A stretch of 63,624 nt of DNA, counting the filler, from Licmophora abbreviata (taxonomy: Eukaryota), in assembly GCA_900291995.1 (NCBI GenBank). It is 13 parts of 13 records of this genome, joined end to end, with 100 filler letters (N's around TTAATTAATTAA, not from the genome) between each part and the next. Parts side by side here need not be neighbours in the genome. Positions count along the whole stretch, not along the records: positions 1 to 12,907 come from OLMU01002498.1; positions 13,008 to 23,566 come from OLMU01002501.1; 11 more parts are not named here. One strand, given 5' to 3'. The first letter of the stretch is position 1, and every line of letters begins with the position of its first letter. A model generated the notes under the pieces. It made no database searches. It was given only the letters and a program-made list of their open reading frames with translations, and was not told where the DNA came from. Made by a program: the position numbers and the translations under genes. Shown piece after piece: positions 1-13,317 of this stretch.

Positions 1-959
1 GAGTACACAACACGCCTGTCTACTACATGATTCCCAATGAGACCACCAGAGGTCTCTTAGTTTTCTTTCATGGTTGCACCCACTCCGGACAAGACATGTT
101 TCAGCTACCTGAAGATCGGATAATAGCATTGGCGGCGCTGAATCGGGGGCTGGCCGTCTTGAGTATCACATCCATGGATCGAACGTCCGGGTGCTGGTCA
201 TCGGCAGACGAACAAGAGCTGCGAGCAAGCAATGTGGTGGATGCCTGGATGCAGTCGGTGGGACTGCCATTGTCGCTTCCTCGTATGGGCATGGGCGTTT
301 CCTCGGGAGGATCCTTCTTATTTTCCATTTACGACGTACTGCATCTACAATCCATTGCAGCCTACGTTTCGCCGCGTTCCTTTCCCCAAGCCAGTCTTTC
401 CGAATCGGCCGACACTCTCCCAGCGACCCTGTATGTTCACATGCCCCGTGACGACCGGATAGGCCAACTTGTAGAGTCCAATGTGGAGAACCTACGATCC
501 GCGGGTGTGTCTACCAAAGCAATTCAAGTGCCTCCGCATCCCTTTACGCGGCAACTGTGCGAACGACGCCTTCCGGAATTAGGCGATCGACGATGCGACG
601 CACTCTTTACAGCTATTGAGCAGCAGACAGACCCTCAGCTGTTAGATTCAGAGGATTCTACTGTATTGATGAGCAATCGACGGGGCGATTGGGACAACGT
701 GCTGGCGCCGTTCGATAGGAAAGAAAATTTACTCCGTGCGCCGGGAATGACAGGCGATGATACTCTGTTGAGTGCTACCGACATTGGTGGCCACTCATGG
801 TTGTGGGCTGCAGTCAATGAAGAAGTGGCCGTGTCGTATGGAAAACATGAAACGACGGCGGAACAACGAAGCGAAGTGCTGGACTTCTTGATGGAAAATG
901 CTGGCCTTGAAATAGTGACCGGGGAAGAGAGTCGATCGGGGTCGAGCAAGAGACTATAA
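1..959 (+). CDS. Alpha/beta-hydrolase-like protein (algal conserved hypothetical), 5'-truncated by window edge
   Basis: Frame is open from position 3. Contains FFHGC oxyanion-like motif, GVSSGG (GxSxG) nucleophile elbow and a C-terminal GKHE His. Confidence 0.6.
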   Translation, partial: VHNTPVYYMIPNETTRGLLVFFHGCTHSGQDMFQLPEDRIIALAALNRGLAVLSITSMDRTSGCWSSADEQELRASNVVDAWMQSVGLPLSLPRMGMGVSSGGSFLFSIYDVLHLQSIAAYVSPRSFPQASLSESADTLPATLYVHMPRDDRIGQLVESNVENLRSAGVSTKAIQVPPHPFTRQLCERRLPELGDRRCDALFTAIEQQTDPQLLDSEDSTVLMSNRRGDWDNVLAPFDRKENLLRAPGMTGDDTLLSATDIGGHSWLWAAVNEEVAVSYGKHETTAEQRSEVLDFLMENAGLEIVTGEESRSGSSKRL

Positions 960-1362
960 TGAGATAGCAAGTGCAGGTTTTTGACTACACATGACACTAT
1001 GGAGAAGCGATCACTGGATGAGCAGGTAGTAAAGCAGGTTATGCTCAGATGAGACGTAAAGCTGAAAGAAGAGGCTACATTCAGATTGATGTTACCTACT
1101 CCGAGTAGTAGTTTTAGATCGTTGATGAGATATACCGGTACGTCGGTGATCGAACCGCGCACATCACTGACTCAAAACTGCGCAGCACAAAAGACGATGA
1201 GAAAAGCACGCGGTCACATCACAATGAGGCTGTATCTGTGACCGTCGTTTGCCGCATTATCAGTTCGCTACCGCTTATTTGTTTACTCGTAGAAGGGCTC
1301 ACACTCTTTCTTTGGTCGCTTGGTAAAAAGCAAAACCGATTTCCGAGAAAGGGCAAGAGAAA

Positions 1363-2644
1363 ATGGGATTCTATCAAGACCACTGCATATATCTGCCGTC
1401 CATGGCGGGATGGTTTCTGTTCTCGGCGTTGCTCAGTTCCTACAACAAGATGGTCTTTGGGAGAGGTCATCTCGCGTTTCCCTGCCCACTATTGCTGACA
1501 AGTATACACTTTTTGATTCAGTGGATCTTTAGCTGGACTCTCTGCGCTGTATTTCCCAAGTACTTTGGTGGCGACGATGTCCGCGACATGTCGTGGTCAA
1601 AGTTCCTCGGCGTTTCGGTCCCTTGCGGTCTCGTGACATCTGGCGACGTGGGATTGAGCAACCTCTCGCTGGTTCGGATATCTATTACCTTCTATACCAT
1701 GGTCAAGGCGTCCACACCGGTCTTTGTCTTGTCGTGGGCCTATCTCCTGGGCATTGAACGCATCACATGGTCTCTGATTGCCGTCGTGGCGGTCATTGCC
1801 GCAGGAGAGTTCCTCACAGTCGCCGGAGAAGTGCAATTTGACCTCTTGGGCTTCATCATGTGCTTGACGGCGAGTTGTCTCAGCGGAGCGCGATGGACAC
1901 TGGTACAACTCAAGTTGCACACGCTCGAGCCGCCCCTCAAGACGACCATTGCCACGATGCGAGTACTGAGCCCTTCCATGTTTCTCAGCATGCTCATCAT
2001 TTCGTTTCTTACAGAGCAGCCGTGGGTGAAACTCAGCTCTGGGTACTTTGAAACCTTTGACGAGGTAATACATACGTTGGGGCTCGGTGTTATTGGCGCC
2101 GTCTTTGCGATCGCCATGATTCTGTGCGAGTTCCATCTCATCATGAGGGCGAGTGCCATTATTCTCATGATAGGCGGAGTCATCAAGGAGATGATCACAA
2201 TCATTATTGGGTACGTCTTTGGTTGTGCTCTCTTTACATACACGTGGTCGTATACGAACTTTTTTTGTGGCTTACTGTCCGTCACTGCCTCCATGTCGCT
2301 CTGTCAGTGTGAAGTTCTTCGGGGACGACCTCAATCGCATCAACGAGGCAGGTTGCGCAGTTGTGTTCCTCGGTGTCGTCATGTATAAGGTTTCTTACCA
2401 TTTATCGCACTCTCAAGGAGAGGGTGGCGAGGACGACGACGAGTACGCCTCCTTGCCAACCGACCAAGTGAAATATCGACCTGTTGAGGGTGGTGACGAC
2501 GCAGACAAGGTTGTCGAACCGATGACGCCACGGCTGGAAGTCAAGTCGTCATCGCTCGAGCTCGGGGGAGTACCACCAAACGAGGACAACGATGATATGG
2601 TTGATCATGATGATGGGGAAAGTATGCGACATCGTATTGTGTGA
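1363..2644 (+). CDS. Nucleotide-sugar/triose-phosphate transporter family protein (SLC35C2-like); exons 1363-2210, 2308-2644
   Basis: About 10 hydrophobic segments with motifs FPCPLLLTSIHF, DVGLSNLSL..I.ITFYTMVKASTPVFVL and SGARWTLVQL. A GT-AG intron at 2211-2307 joins the two ORFs in frame (GG|T GTG AAG). Confidence 0.85.
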
Positions 2645-2953
2645 TGTTGACAAAATGGACATCAACCATCAGCATCATTGCTTGAAACTCGCTTCAATAT
2701 CTTTCTTTACCTACCGGACGAACAACCGTGGCATAGCTACCAACAGGATTGAATCTCATAAGCGTTCGTTTTTCTATCGGGCGACTGCTTAGAACAGATG
2801 TGAGAACTCTACCGGAGAAACGATCCTGTCACCCAACCATCTTTTTGCGGGGTTTTCCGCTGCAATGCGACAAAGGGTATGAAACCTTGATCGAATAAAG
2901 AACATTACAATTACCGCATAATATAGAGTTCAGTATTGTTAACCATACTAGCG

Positions 2954-4104
2954 CTAGTACGACGGCACAAACGTCATTTGCTCCACAATCTTGGTAGCAA
3001 GATCCGACGGTCGCATACTCTGAGTAAAAACATCGGAAATGTCGCCAGTGTCGTCGTGGAAGTAAACTACAATGGAATGATCCACCAAGTAGTCACCGTC
3101 CTCCGTCTCTTCGGCCTTGTTGACGTAAACACGATACCGCTTCGCCATCTCCTGCACCTGCTCGGGGCTTCCGGTTAGAAAGGTAAAGGACGGATGAAAG
3201 TCCTTGCCGTATTCGCGGAGCGCCTTGAGGGAGTCGCGCGCCGGGTCGACGCTGACAAAGACCGGCTGAATGCGCTTTGCGAGTTCCGGCCGCTCCTCCA
3301 TGAGAGTGTCCATGACCTTGCCGACCTTTACCATTTCAGACGGACAAATGTCCGGGCAGCGGGCGAAGCCAAAGTAAAGCAGAAGCCACTTGCCTTCAAA
3401 GCTCTTGTTCGTTACGAGGTTTCCATCAAGATCGACCAATGACCACGGGCCACCGATAGCGGGTTTTCCAGCTAGCGCGGAGAGGAAGGATGGAACAGGA
3501 TGTTAGTCATGGCCAAGCCAGATTTATAACCAGTAAGCAAGTGAATAGCAAAGCAATAAGCGACCTCAACCCCACACAGCTGACGAAAAGTAATGGCGAT
3601 CAGATTCCTCATGAGACAACGCCGTGTGGCCCCATTTAATTGTCTTTTCAGTGAAGCCCACTCACCACCGCCCCACACATCCTCCGCGGGGAACCATCCC
3701 CACTTGGTCAGCTTGAATTGCCGCTTTGCAAGAAACTCAGGATTCGGAGACCACCCATCGCCATCGCCTAACTCACTCGAAACGATCTGCCCCATAGCAC
3801 GCTCCAATCGTCGTTCTCGCTCAATACTGTAGTACCCTACGACCGTGGCAGCCGCCACTGCTACAATGCCAAGAGCCGTCCAGGTCACAGGACCTCGTAT
3901 GCGTGAATAATCTCCCTGCGGCGCACCCTCTTGGTGACCCGTCCCGACGCCTCGAGTCTTGGCAGCGGCCAGAGAGATAGGCGACGATGGCTTGACGTTT
4001 GATGAAAAATGTCTACACTGGATCAGGCATCGCCGGTAGTAGGAGCAGTGTACAGCCCGCGACATGGTCGTGGAAGCGATGCGGGTCCCCACAAATACGG
4101 CCAT
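2954..4104 (-). CDS. SCO1: Mitochondrial copper chaperone SCO1/SenC; exons 4104-3666, 3471-2954
   Basis: Arg/Ser-rich presequence, one TM helix, then GKPAIGGPWSLVD, YFGFARCPDICP (CxxxC) and YLVDHS. The intron 3665-3472 (gtgagt...ctag) is phase-consistent. Confidence 0.92.
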
Positions 4105-4403
4105 GGTGATGGAGAAGATGCGCCGGTCGAAATGAACACAGCAGCGCCACGCGGCGCCAAATGACATTCTGCCACATCAGAAATCGCGAAATCGCGCGAA
4201 TCCAAGGTGATGGCTGATGTGCTGGGAGAAAAGTTACTCTCACTTTTGAAGGCTGTGATGGATAGCTAGTAGAGAGACTACTTGGGGATGAGGCCATCCT
4301 ACAGTTGCACAAAGAAACTCAATAGATAGGGCGGTAAATATAGGCGAACGATGACGATTGAAGTGCATCGCCCACCTCCTTCCCTCTACATAGTACATTT
4401 CGT

Positions 4404-5450
4404 TCATGCCGACGGACGTTCCCAGCTTGTCTCGCCACTTGCAGTGTAGTAGTATATCTTGCCCGTACCCGCATCTTTGGCTTCGCTCCATCCAGTTGGA
4501 AGCGAACTGTCATCATCAGGCGTCGGCTGAGCTACAGCTGTTGCTCCAGAGGACGGAATTTCCCAAGATCGTTCTCCCGTTGTTCGATTGAAGTAGTACA
4601 CTTTTCCCGACGCCGGGTCTATGGCCTTGTCCCATCCTGCTGGCAATAAGCCACCCGTCAGTGCTTTTGGTGGGGCCATCATGACTTCATTTCGTCGTCG
4701 CATAGCGTTCAGCGCCATTTCAACTGGATTGGTGGGATCGTCCTTGATCAGCGGCACTTCTACGGAAGAATCCTTTTTCTGTTTTCTCTTTTTCTTTTTC
4801 GGCTTGTCGGACATGGCTAAGATAGATTCCTCCTCATCCTTTGTCTCTTCATCATCGGGTTCTGGGACTTTTAAGGTGCCGTTCATCTTCTTGACACTAT
4901 CCATCCCATCCCACCAGTATCCAGTCTTCCCGTCTCGAGTAGTAAACACATAGTCAAACCTCCAGCCGGTGAAAGAGGGAGAGTGACGGAAATAGTCTTT
5001 TTCATCGGGCCGTATACGATTTTCGATACGCTTTCGTTTCTTTCTTTCTGCGGCTGCTTCGGCTTCATTATTGCGATTGAAATGAGTGTAACCAGCACCG
5101 ACTAATGGATTGACAGGAGGAACAAGTAGGATCGGTGTAGTTTTAGCAAAGCCATCAATCTAAATCGGTAGATTACCTTCTCACCACATACCTTGTGCTT
5201 CCCCTGCCTCTTGTCGTACACGATTCTCATGATCTCGTTCTTCTTGAAGACTCTTCATACCCGTCCCCAGTCGATCGGCCTTCTTCATGGGTATCGCGGG
5301 CGCTACACTGGGTCGCGCAAGTTTTGACGACTCTTTGCGAAAGTCTTGCCATGATGCTGCCCCGTCACTCCCCACCACAGGCTTACTCACCAATTTGTCG
5401 ACCGACGAAAACGCGTCGTAGGAAGACCCTCTAGACGATGACGACGCCAT
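4404..5450 (-). CDS. Protein with two C-terminal WW domains; exons 5450-5192, 5101-4404
   Basis: WW repeats LPAGWDKAIDPASGKVYYFNRTTGERSWEIP and LPTGWSEAKDAGTGKIYYYTASGETSWERP, plus Lys-rich NLS-like tracts. Intron 5191-5102 (gtatgt...ttag). Confidence 0.82.
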
Positions 5451-5723
5451 GCTGCGGTGATGAATGCGATGTACATGTGTGGAACGGTGGCGCAGCATCA
5501 CAGTGTGCCTCTCGGTCACGCTCGAGCGCGTCTCTCATCTGTCAGTACGCCGTGCGAAAAAGGAATGACAATGACGAGACCCGCGAAGCCGTCACATTTT
5601 GCATTGCTGTGTTGTCTTGTGTGTGTGTGGTCCCCCTTCTGCCTTCCTGTGCTTTTGGTGTGGCTTGCAATCCCATCAACGCCTCTTTGATCAAATACGA
5701 AACACGGTTGCAAAACGTTGAAT

Positions 5724-6385
5724 ATGAATTGTCGACGGCGGCTCCGTTGTTGCTCGCGATACTCGTCGTCAGCCTCGCATGCTGGCCCACAGTGGTGGTA
5801 TCATGGAACCCCAGCAGCAGAAGCAGCAGATGTCGGTCTACAGTACTATCCACTAGCAAGCAGCCTGCGACTCGAATGGAATTTCTCCAAAAGACCGCCG
5901 CGCTGATGGTGATCGGGGCTTCCTCCGTGGCTAGTCCTGCCGTGGCCGCTACACCTAGTAGCATCACCGATGATACGAAGCAGACCAATCTGTCCAACGA
6001 AGACATTCAAAAGATCGTTCTAGCCGACCTGCAGGATCGACACTTTCTTGTGACGGGAGACTTGACGCGTTCCATTTACGACGAGTCAGCCACTTTTACT
6101 GATGAAATAGATACCTACGCAATGGATCAATGGATGCAAGGGACGCCGAAACTCTTTGTCGGTGAAGGTTCGAAATTAGACATTGTGGGCAAGGTCGAAG
6201 CCACTCCTTCGGCGGTAGAGTTTCGATTCGAAGAAGACTTGATGTTTCGGATTCCCCTGCGTCCCGTCGTTCACTTGACGGGGAAAGTTGTTCTTACGAG
6301 GAGTCCCGAAACTGGCTTGATCACGTCGTACAAAGAGTTCTGGGATCAGGACGTTCTTACTGTCCTGCGGTCTGCCAAGATTTAG
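5724..6385 (+). CDS. Plastid (probably thylakoid-lumen) NTF2/SnoaL-like protein, DUF2358-like; the start needs a 1-nt frameshift correction
   Basis: Hydrophobic signal ending VVVS-W, Ser/Arg transit, TRMEFL..AxA lumenal-like segment. Mature part has FLVTGDLTRSIYDESATFTDEID...GLITSYKEFWD. The only suitable ATG (5724) is one base out of frame. Confidence 0.65.
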
Positions 6386-6587
6386 ACTTTTGAAAACGTC
6401 ATTTTTCTAGCTAGAGCTCACTTCAATAGAACCATGCATGTTGAAGGAAATTACCTCATATCGTCTTGGCTGATGCGTCTCCAGGAATGGTCCCAATTTT
6501 CTTAGCAAACGGGAGATGCTGATGTGCTATTACATAAAACAACGTGAATGTTCTAAACGATATAAATGTTGAGTTTTCCCTCGACCC

Positions 6588-7733
6588 TTATATATCAAGA
6601 ACCCTCCGCTGTAACACGTACATTCGCTCGTATCCTTTTCCACCAGGGGACGGCTTGACTGGCAGCATGCATCGGAGGACCCATTCTCCGTTTTCCAGAT
6701 AGTCAAACAAGTCGTCGTTGCCATTGGCGCCACCTCTCCCCTCACCAACAAGCACTACCGTATCATTTTCTATGCCCATTTCCACGTAGGTTTTGATCGT
6801 CTCCAGTGCCATATGCCCCGGAGAGGGATACACCAACAGGAGAACGCGGCCACGGCATGCCCATTGCCGCAGCACCGTCTCGGCACTACTGCATTTTTGT
6901 ACCCGTGGGTAGAAATAGTCATGCGCCGCCTGAGTGTGAGAGTGATAGACCTTAGATGAAAGCGGTAGCTCTGTCATATCATCATAGGCGAGCACAAATT
7001 CAAACTCCTTGCTCCTGGGTAAGCCCGACTGACTTGCAATAGTGTCATCATAAAATTGAGACAAAGCTTTCGCCCATTGTCCATGACCGGCTCCCAGCTC
7101 GACAAACCCCCGAGTCTCAGCCAGCTCAACAAGAGTCTCCAGCACTTCTTGTGTCCATCCTGTACAACCAAATTGGACCAGAAAGTCCTCGCGTATCTGG
7201 GGAGTGACCCCCTTCCCGTAGGCGACCTCGCTTACTTTCGCAAAGACGTCTTGGATTCGCTGTGGGTCTCTGCTGTTTCGAGCCTCGAGCGCTTCTTTCT
7301 GCAGAGCCCGAAGCGCACGCTCATCACGTCGTCGCTTCCTTAGACCACTTCGAAGCAGTCTATCGTTAAACGCTGGATCTCCTCGCTCAAGCCGGCGCGG
7401 AAGAGGCATTGGCATTAGATGGATGGAGGCAAGAGTCTTTCGGATCCATGATGGTGTCGGTGGGTCTGATGGTGGATATTCCGCAGATGCGCCCCGCCGC
7501 TCCTCACATCGACATACCGAAGCGGATAAGCAGGAGTATCGCAAGTCAATCGAAGTCTGCGGATGCTTTAAACGCGACAATAACAAGAATCCAGGACTCT
7601 GCGTCGATATCTTAATGAAGCGCTCGGTGTCTGTCGCCTCTTCGCAATTTCGACGCGGTAGAGCCTGGGAAGCAAAAAATAAGCCCGTCGAGACAAAAGA
7701 AGCTAGTTCAGGGTAACGAAAAAGCCTGTTCAT
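6588..7733 (-). CDS. Hypothetical SAM-dependent methyltransferase-like protein, possibly mitochondrial
   Basis: Motif I-like FVELGAGHGQW, plus LLLVYP and VLVGEGRGGANG. Start chosen at MNRLFRY (7733); the ORF is open to 7931. Confidence 0.6.
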   Translation of the reverse strand: MNRLFRYPELASFVSTGLFFASQALPRRNCEEATDTERFIKISTQSPGFLLLSRLKHPQTSIDLRYSCLSASVCRCEERRGASAEYPPSDPPTPSWIRKTLASIHLMPMPLPRRLERGDPAFNDRLLRSGLRKRRRDERALRALQKEALEARNSRDPQRIQDVFAKVSEVAYGKGVTPQIREDFLVQFGCTGWTQEVLETLVELAETRGFVELGAGHGQWAKALSQFYDDTIASQSGLPRSKEFEFVLAYDDMTELPLSSKVYHSHTQAAHDYFYPRVQKCSSAETVLRQWACRGRVLLLVYPSPGHMALETIKTYVEMGIENDTVVLVGEGRGGANGNDDLFDYLENGEWVLRCMLPVKPSPGGKGYERMYVLQRRVLDI

Positions 7734-7982
7734 GGTTGAAAGTGACTTCACTGCTCTGTCAGTAGATATTCGCCGCCGAAGAATCCCATGGTGAGTTTGT
7801 GGTCGCGATGTTGCGATTTTGACGGCGTCGGATGTTTTGCGGGTGTCGCAGCGACTTTTTTTGACTTTGTCGTCGTCTGCTAGAGGAAAGCAAGATGAAG
7901 AGCCTACCGGTGTCGGATACAAGGGCCACACGATGCATATCTATGATAGCAGATCACCATGCATACCCATGCTGTAGCTAGA

Positions 7983-10399
7983 TTAGAGCCGCTTAGCACG
8001 CTGGTTCTGCTGCATTAAACGCTTTTGACGGGCAAAAAATGCCGTATCCTGCATCCGCTTCCGAAAGTTCATCAGTGGAATTAACCGACGGACCTTGGCC
8101 TGCGATACCTTCTTGGGTGTTCCATCTTTCGTGTAGGCTATTCTTCGATAACTCCGGAGAAGTGGCTTGGCGGCATCAAGAACATTGTAACTGGGACAGA
8201 CACGCCGACCTAGACTTTCGACACACAGGCAGTTCACAACAAGTGTTGCGTAGTTGGCGTCAACTCGTACACGATGATCGCGAATGCATCCCAGGATGCC
8301 GCGCAAGACGTTGCCGACATCCACGTTGGTGTGGTAGCCCTTGCAGCGCTCTTTGAAGACAGACACCACATCGTCTACGAACACCTCCGTCTCCTCGTCC
8401 GTCAACCTGTTTTCGTCAGAAAAGCGAAGAGCACACTGGGCAGCGAACCTGCCGTCTCCCTCTCCAATAGCGCAGAGCACACCGATAAAGTTGGCGCTCT
8501 CTTGTTCTGTAAGTTGTGCCACCATACCTGCGTCGACCAGCGTAATGCCCAGATTGTCATTGATTCGAAATTGCCCTTCCAATGGAACGACGGCTCTCGA
8601 GGTGGATACAGGTGAGCGCGTGGACTCATTCGTGCTGGTGTGAAGCTCCAGAAGAATATTTCCTGCAACGGCAAAACGAGAAGGATGATATGATAAGATC
8701 ATGCATTAAACGACAGAACAAGATCGTTTCTCAGACCTACCTGGGTGGAGATCAGCATGCTGCGAAATACAGAAGAAGCAACGGTCAGCGTGAAGCTTTA
8801 CTTGAACGCCTCAAAATTTCTCTTTAGTCCAGTTGTGAAACTTACCATTAAATTATCGACCAGTAGCATTTTCAAGTAGAGTGAAAGCCCTGTCGTGACG
8901 ATGAATTTCGCAAGCTCGATCGGGATAATCTGGTGTCCTATTGCTGCAGCTTCACCACCAGATTCGTCAAGCCCGCTGTCCCCGTCATCGTCGACTTCCT
9001 CTACCGTCATCCTTTCACTTGACATTTCACTCGCCACTCGGTCGTATATATCCAGAATGGTGCTCACGATTCGCCCAGGTTCAAATGTTTCAATGATGAC
9101 GGCCGAGCTCGCGTAGAAGGGTCGAGGAAATCGCACCGTATCCCACTTGCGAAAGTTGTGATTGAGAATTTCCAGGTGATGCGCTTCCACATTCAAGTGA
9201 GCTTGTGCTGCCAGCGTGTGACTAAACTGCTGCACCGACTCTTTGACACGCAGCCACGACAGGGATGGGATGGAATCAACAACACCGGCCAAGGCTGACA
9301 TGATGCGAAAGTCCATGTCGATCAAGCGCGAGACGTGCGGATGCCGCACCTTGACCGCAATGGCAGTTCCCTGACCCGTCTCGCCGTCCTGCAAGACTGC
9401 CTTGTGTACTTGTGCGATAGAACCTGACGCTAGTGGCGCCCGATCAAAGGACGAAAAGACGCTGAGTATGGAACCGCGCGACAAGCCCAAACTGGATTCG
9501 AGCATTTTCTGAGTGTACGACCACGAGTGTGAGGGGGCGTCGCTGTGCAAGTGCGCCAGCTCGTTACACAGAGCTTCTGGAAACATGTCCTCGCGCGTGG
9601 CGGCCCATTGTCCCCACTTGATGAACGCTGGTCCGCTGGATGCCAAACAAGAAGCAATCCAGCTATACCAGGTTTGTTCCCGAAACTTGGAAGATAAAAA
9701 TGCTAACCAGACTGTCATTGTAACGGGAGAAAAGTTGATACCGAGTTTCATGGCTCGAATTACCATCTTGAAAATAGATGGAGGTGTATCATCGATCAGA
9801 TGCTCCGGCTTGCCTGGATACTGACTCGGTAGATGAGAGACAGTTGTAAGTTCCATATCTCGCTTGTCAGTTGGAAAGAGTGTACTTTGTTTGGCTGACG
9901 AAACAGTCTCCACAGAATTACGCGTGTGTTCCAGCACACTAAGATCGATATCAGCACCATGCATCGATATAACGGTAGGGTCGCCAGTTTCCTTGATCCA
10001 TCGGGCAAACTCTCTAGACCGCTTTCCGCTCTGAACAGAAGCCACCCGCTCGTTCAAGACCTTCCGTACATGGGCATTGCGTTCACTCTGGAGTTGTTTG
10101 GCAGCCTGTTCCTTCCATCCACCTCCTCGCAATGAAAGCGAGCGTCTCACGGCATAGTCTATTCTGCTCGTAGCACCTGCTGAAGGTGTCCATAGAAACA
10201 TAGTTGCGACTGCTCCTGCGACAATGAGCAAGTGCCGACAACTCGCGAGATAGCATGTCCGATTGCGATACACAGAACCCGAGACTGGCCCCCCAATCAA
10301 GTTTCCAATGATCTTATTATCATTTCCGTCTATTTTGGTGATACTTTGGCTGATATTGTTGTCCCCAAAGGTGTTTGCTTTCGCCGTGGACGTCACCAT
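7983..10399 (-). CDS. ABC1/UbiB atypical kinase (ADCK2/Cqd1-like); exons 10399-8846, 8759-8741, 8662-7983
   Basis: Motifs GPAFIKWGQWAATREDMFP, PLASGSIAQVHKA, AVKVRHP, spliced NLM|HADLHP|GNIL and VDAGM. Both introns are GT-AG and phase-consistent. The true start is uncertain. Confidence 0.9.
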
Positions 10400-10624
10400 G
10401 GTGCAGGCGTAAAAGTGTGTGGTGCTTTTTCGCGCCGCAACTGCGCGTCTTTGGTATCATACCTTTTGTGCTCTGTCCTCCGGCCGACAACCCTAGTGTA
10501 AAGTCGTACTATAAAGTGTTTTACAATATATTAAGTTTTTATAAGAACGTTGAGGAGTACTAATACGTCAGTGATCTGACACATTCCAACAAGATTCAAA
10601 GCACAAAGATCCACTTTGCGAACC

Positions 10625-11275
10625 ATGACGATGATGAGGACGATGGGAATGCTCCGTACGACGCTCGCTCTGCTGCTCGCCACTACCACGTTCACACAGG
10701 CGTGGACGACTCCCTCTCGTCGGGATGTGCTGAATACTATGGCTACGGGCTTGGTGTTGGGACCTACGGCGGCCGCGCGGGCAATCGAAGCCTGTCCTTC
10801 CGGCTCCAACAATTGTGTACGCACCTCTTGGGCAGCTCCGTCAGGAACGTCCAAGAAAGATGCTGTATCGACATTTCGTGCCGTCCTAGACACGTACCCG
10901 CAAGAAGGACAAGAAGGAAACGTCGACGGAGGTGGATGGGCGATTGCGGAGGATGCCCTGGATTCAGCGGATGGCACGGCACGGGTGGAATTCAAGTCGA
11001 GCGGCAAGGGTAATTTCGCCAAGTTTTTCAACGGCGGCAAGCCCTTTACGGATGATCTCAGTGTCCAAGTGCAAGACAATGGAACGATCGAAATTCGATC
11101 GGCGTCGAGAGTCGGTGACTCGGACTTTGGAGTCAACCAAAAGGTATGCCTATCTAGTGTCAACGATGTGAACGAATTGATGGTGGACGCAAGATGGCTT
11201 ACGATCTCCTTTTCTTCTTTCCAGCGTGTCGATTTTCTTGCCAAGGCCATCAAAACCAAGGGATGGAGTGTCTAA
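10625..11275 (+). CDS. DUF1499 family protein, plastid/thylakoid-lumen targeted; intron 11144-11224
   Basis: Signal TQA-W, SRRDVL Tat motif, CPSGSNNCV, and DDL...IRSASRVGDSDFGVNQK|RV, which is typical of DUF1499. Confidence 0.8.
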   Translation: MTMMRTMGMLRTTLALLLATTTFTQAWTTPSRRDVLNTMATGLVLGPTAAARAIEACPSGSNNCVRTSWAAPSGTSKKDAVSTFRAVLDTYPQEGQEGNVDGGGWAIAEDALDSADGTARVEFKSSGKGNFAKFFNGGKPFTDDLSVQVQDNGTIEIRSASRVGDSDFGVNQKVCLSSVNDVNELMVDARWLTISFSSFQRVDFLAKAIKTKGWSV

Positions 11276-11385
11276 GGACAAGCAAGCGGACAGGAGCACC
11301 TACACTTTCCGAATAGAGACACAGACTATAGCTAACGACATCATGTAATACGATATTCTTCCGAGGCAGCTGATCTTCACATTCA

Positions 11386-12907
<1,522 letters not shown>

Positions 12908-13007
12908 NNNNNNNNNNNNNNNNNNNNNNNNNNNNNNNNNNNNNNNNNNNNTTAATTAATTAANNNNNNNNNNNNNNNNNNNNNNNNNNNNNNNNNNNNN
13001 NNNNNNN
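12908..13007. other. Artificial contig spacer N44-TTAATTAATTAA-N44. First of 12; the others are 23567-23666, 31512-31611, 36905-37004, 40637-40736, 43759-43858, 46764-46863, 55119-55218, 57431-57530, 58658-58757, 61100-61199 and 62363-62462
   Basis: Identical 100-bp block carrying stop codons in all six frames. Confidence 0.98.
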
Positions 13008-13317
13008 AATGCAATACACCACCAGTATTCTAAGCACGAAAGCGGGCTACAAGCACAGCAGCATAGCGTTTCAATAGATCGGCGGCTGCAAGTTCGGATT
13101 GTTGTAGTGTTCACAACAAGAGTTCAGAGGGCAGAAGAGGTGCCGTCCCAAAATATTTCACACACGCGAACCCCAACCTTGCGCCCGTCGCGCATTCTAC
13201 ATCGAAAAATGTCATGATATCCGTTGAGAATATATTTTACATTAATGGCTGAGGGTTCTATAGTTACCAAAGTTGGCGCCAAACGCGAGGTCCCACCTGT
13301 TTCGCGAGCTACTCAGA

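Noticed and set aside
945..959. C-terminal SKRL (and AKRL of the ABC1 kinase) as peroxisomal PTS1
   Set aside because: The terminal tripeptide KRL is non-canonical and there is no other support.
635..1162. 175-aa minus-strand ORF and the many other antisense or overlapping ORFs in the track
   Set aside because: No motifs; they are shadows of real genes, as expected at ~50% GC.
5438..5723. Long N-terminal extension of the DUF2358-like ORF
   Set aside because: It overlaps the start of the divergent WW gene and precedes an obvious signal peptide, so it is more likely promoter/UTR.
12952..12963. Recurrent TTAATTAATTAA palindrome (12 copies) as a biological repeat, CRISPR repeat or piggyBac TTAA site
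   Set aside because: Always centred in exactly 44+44 Ns; it is a synthetic six-frame-stop linker.
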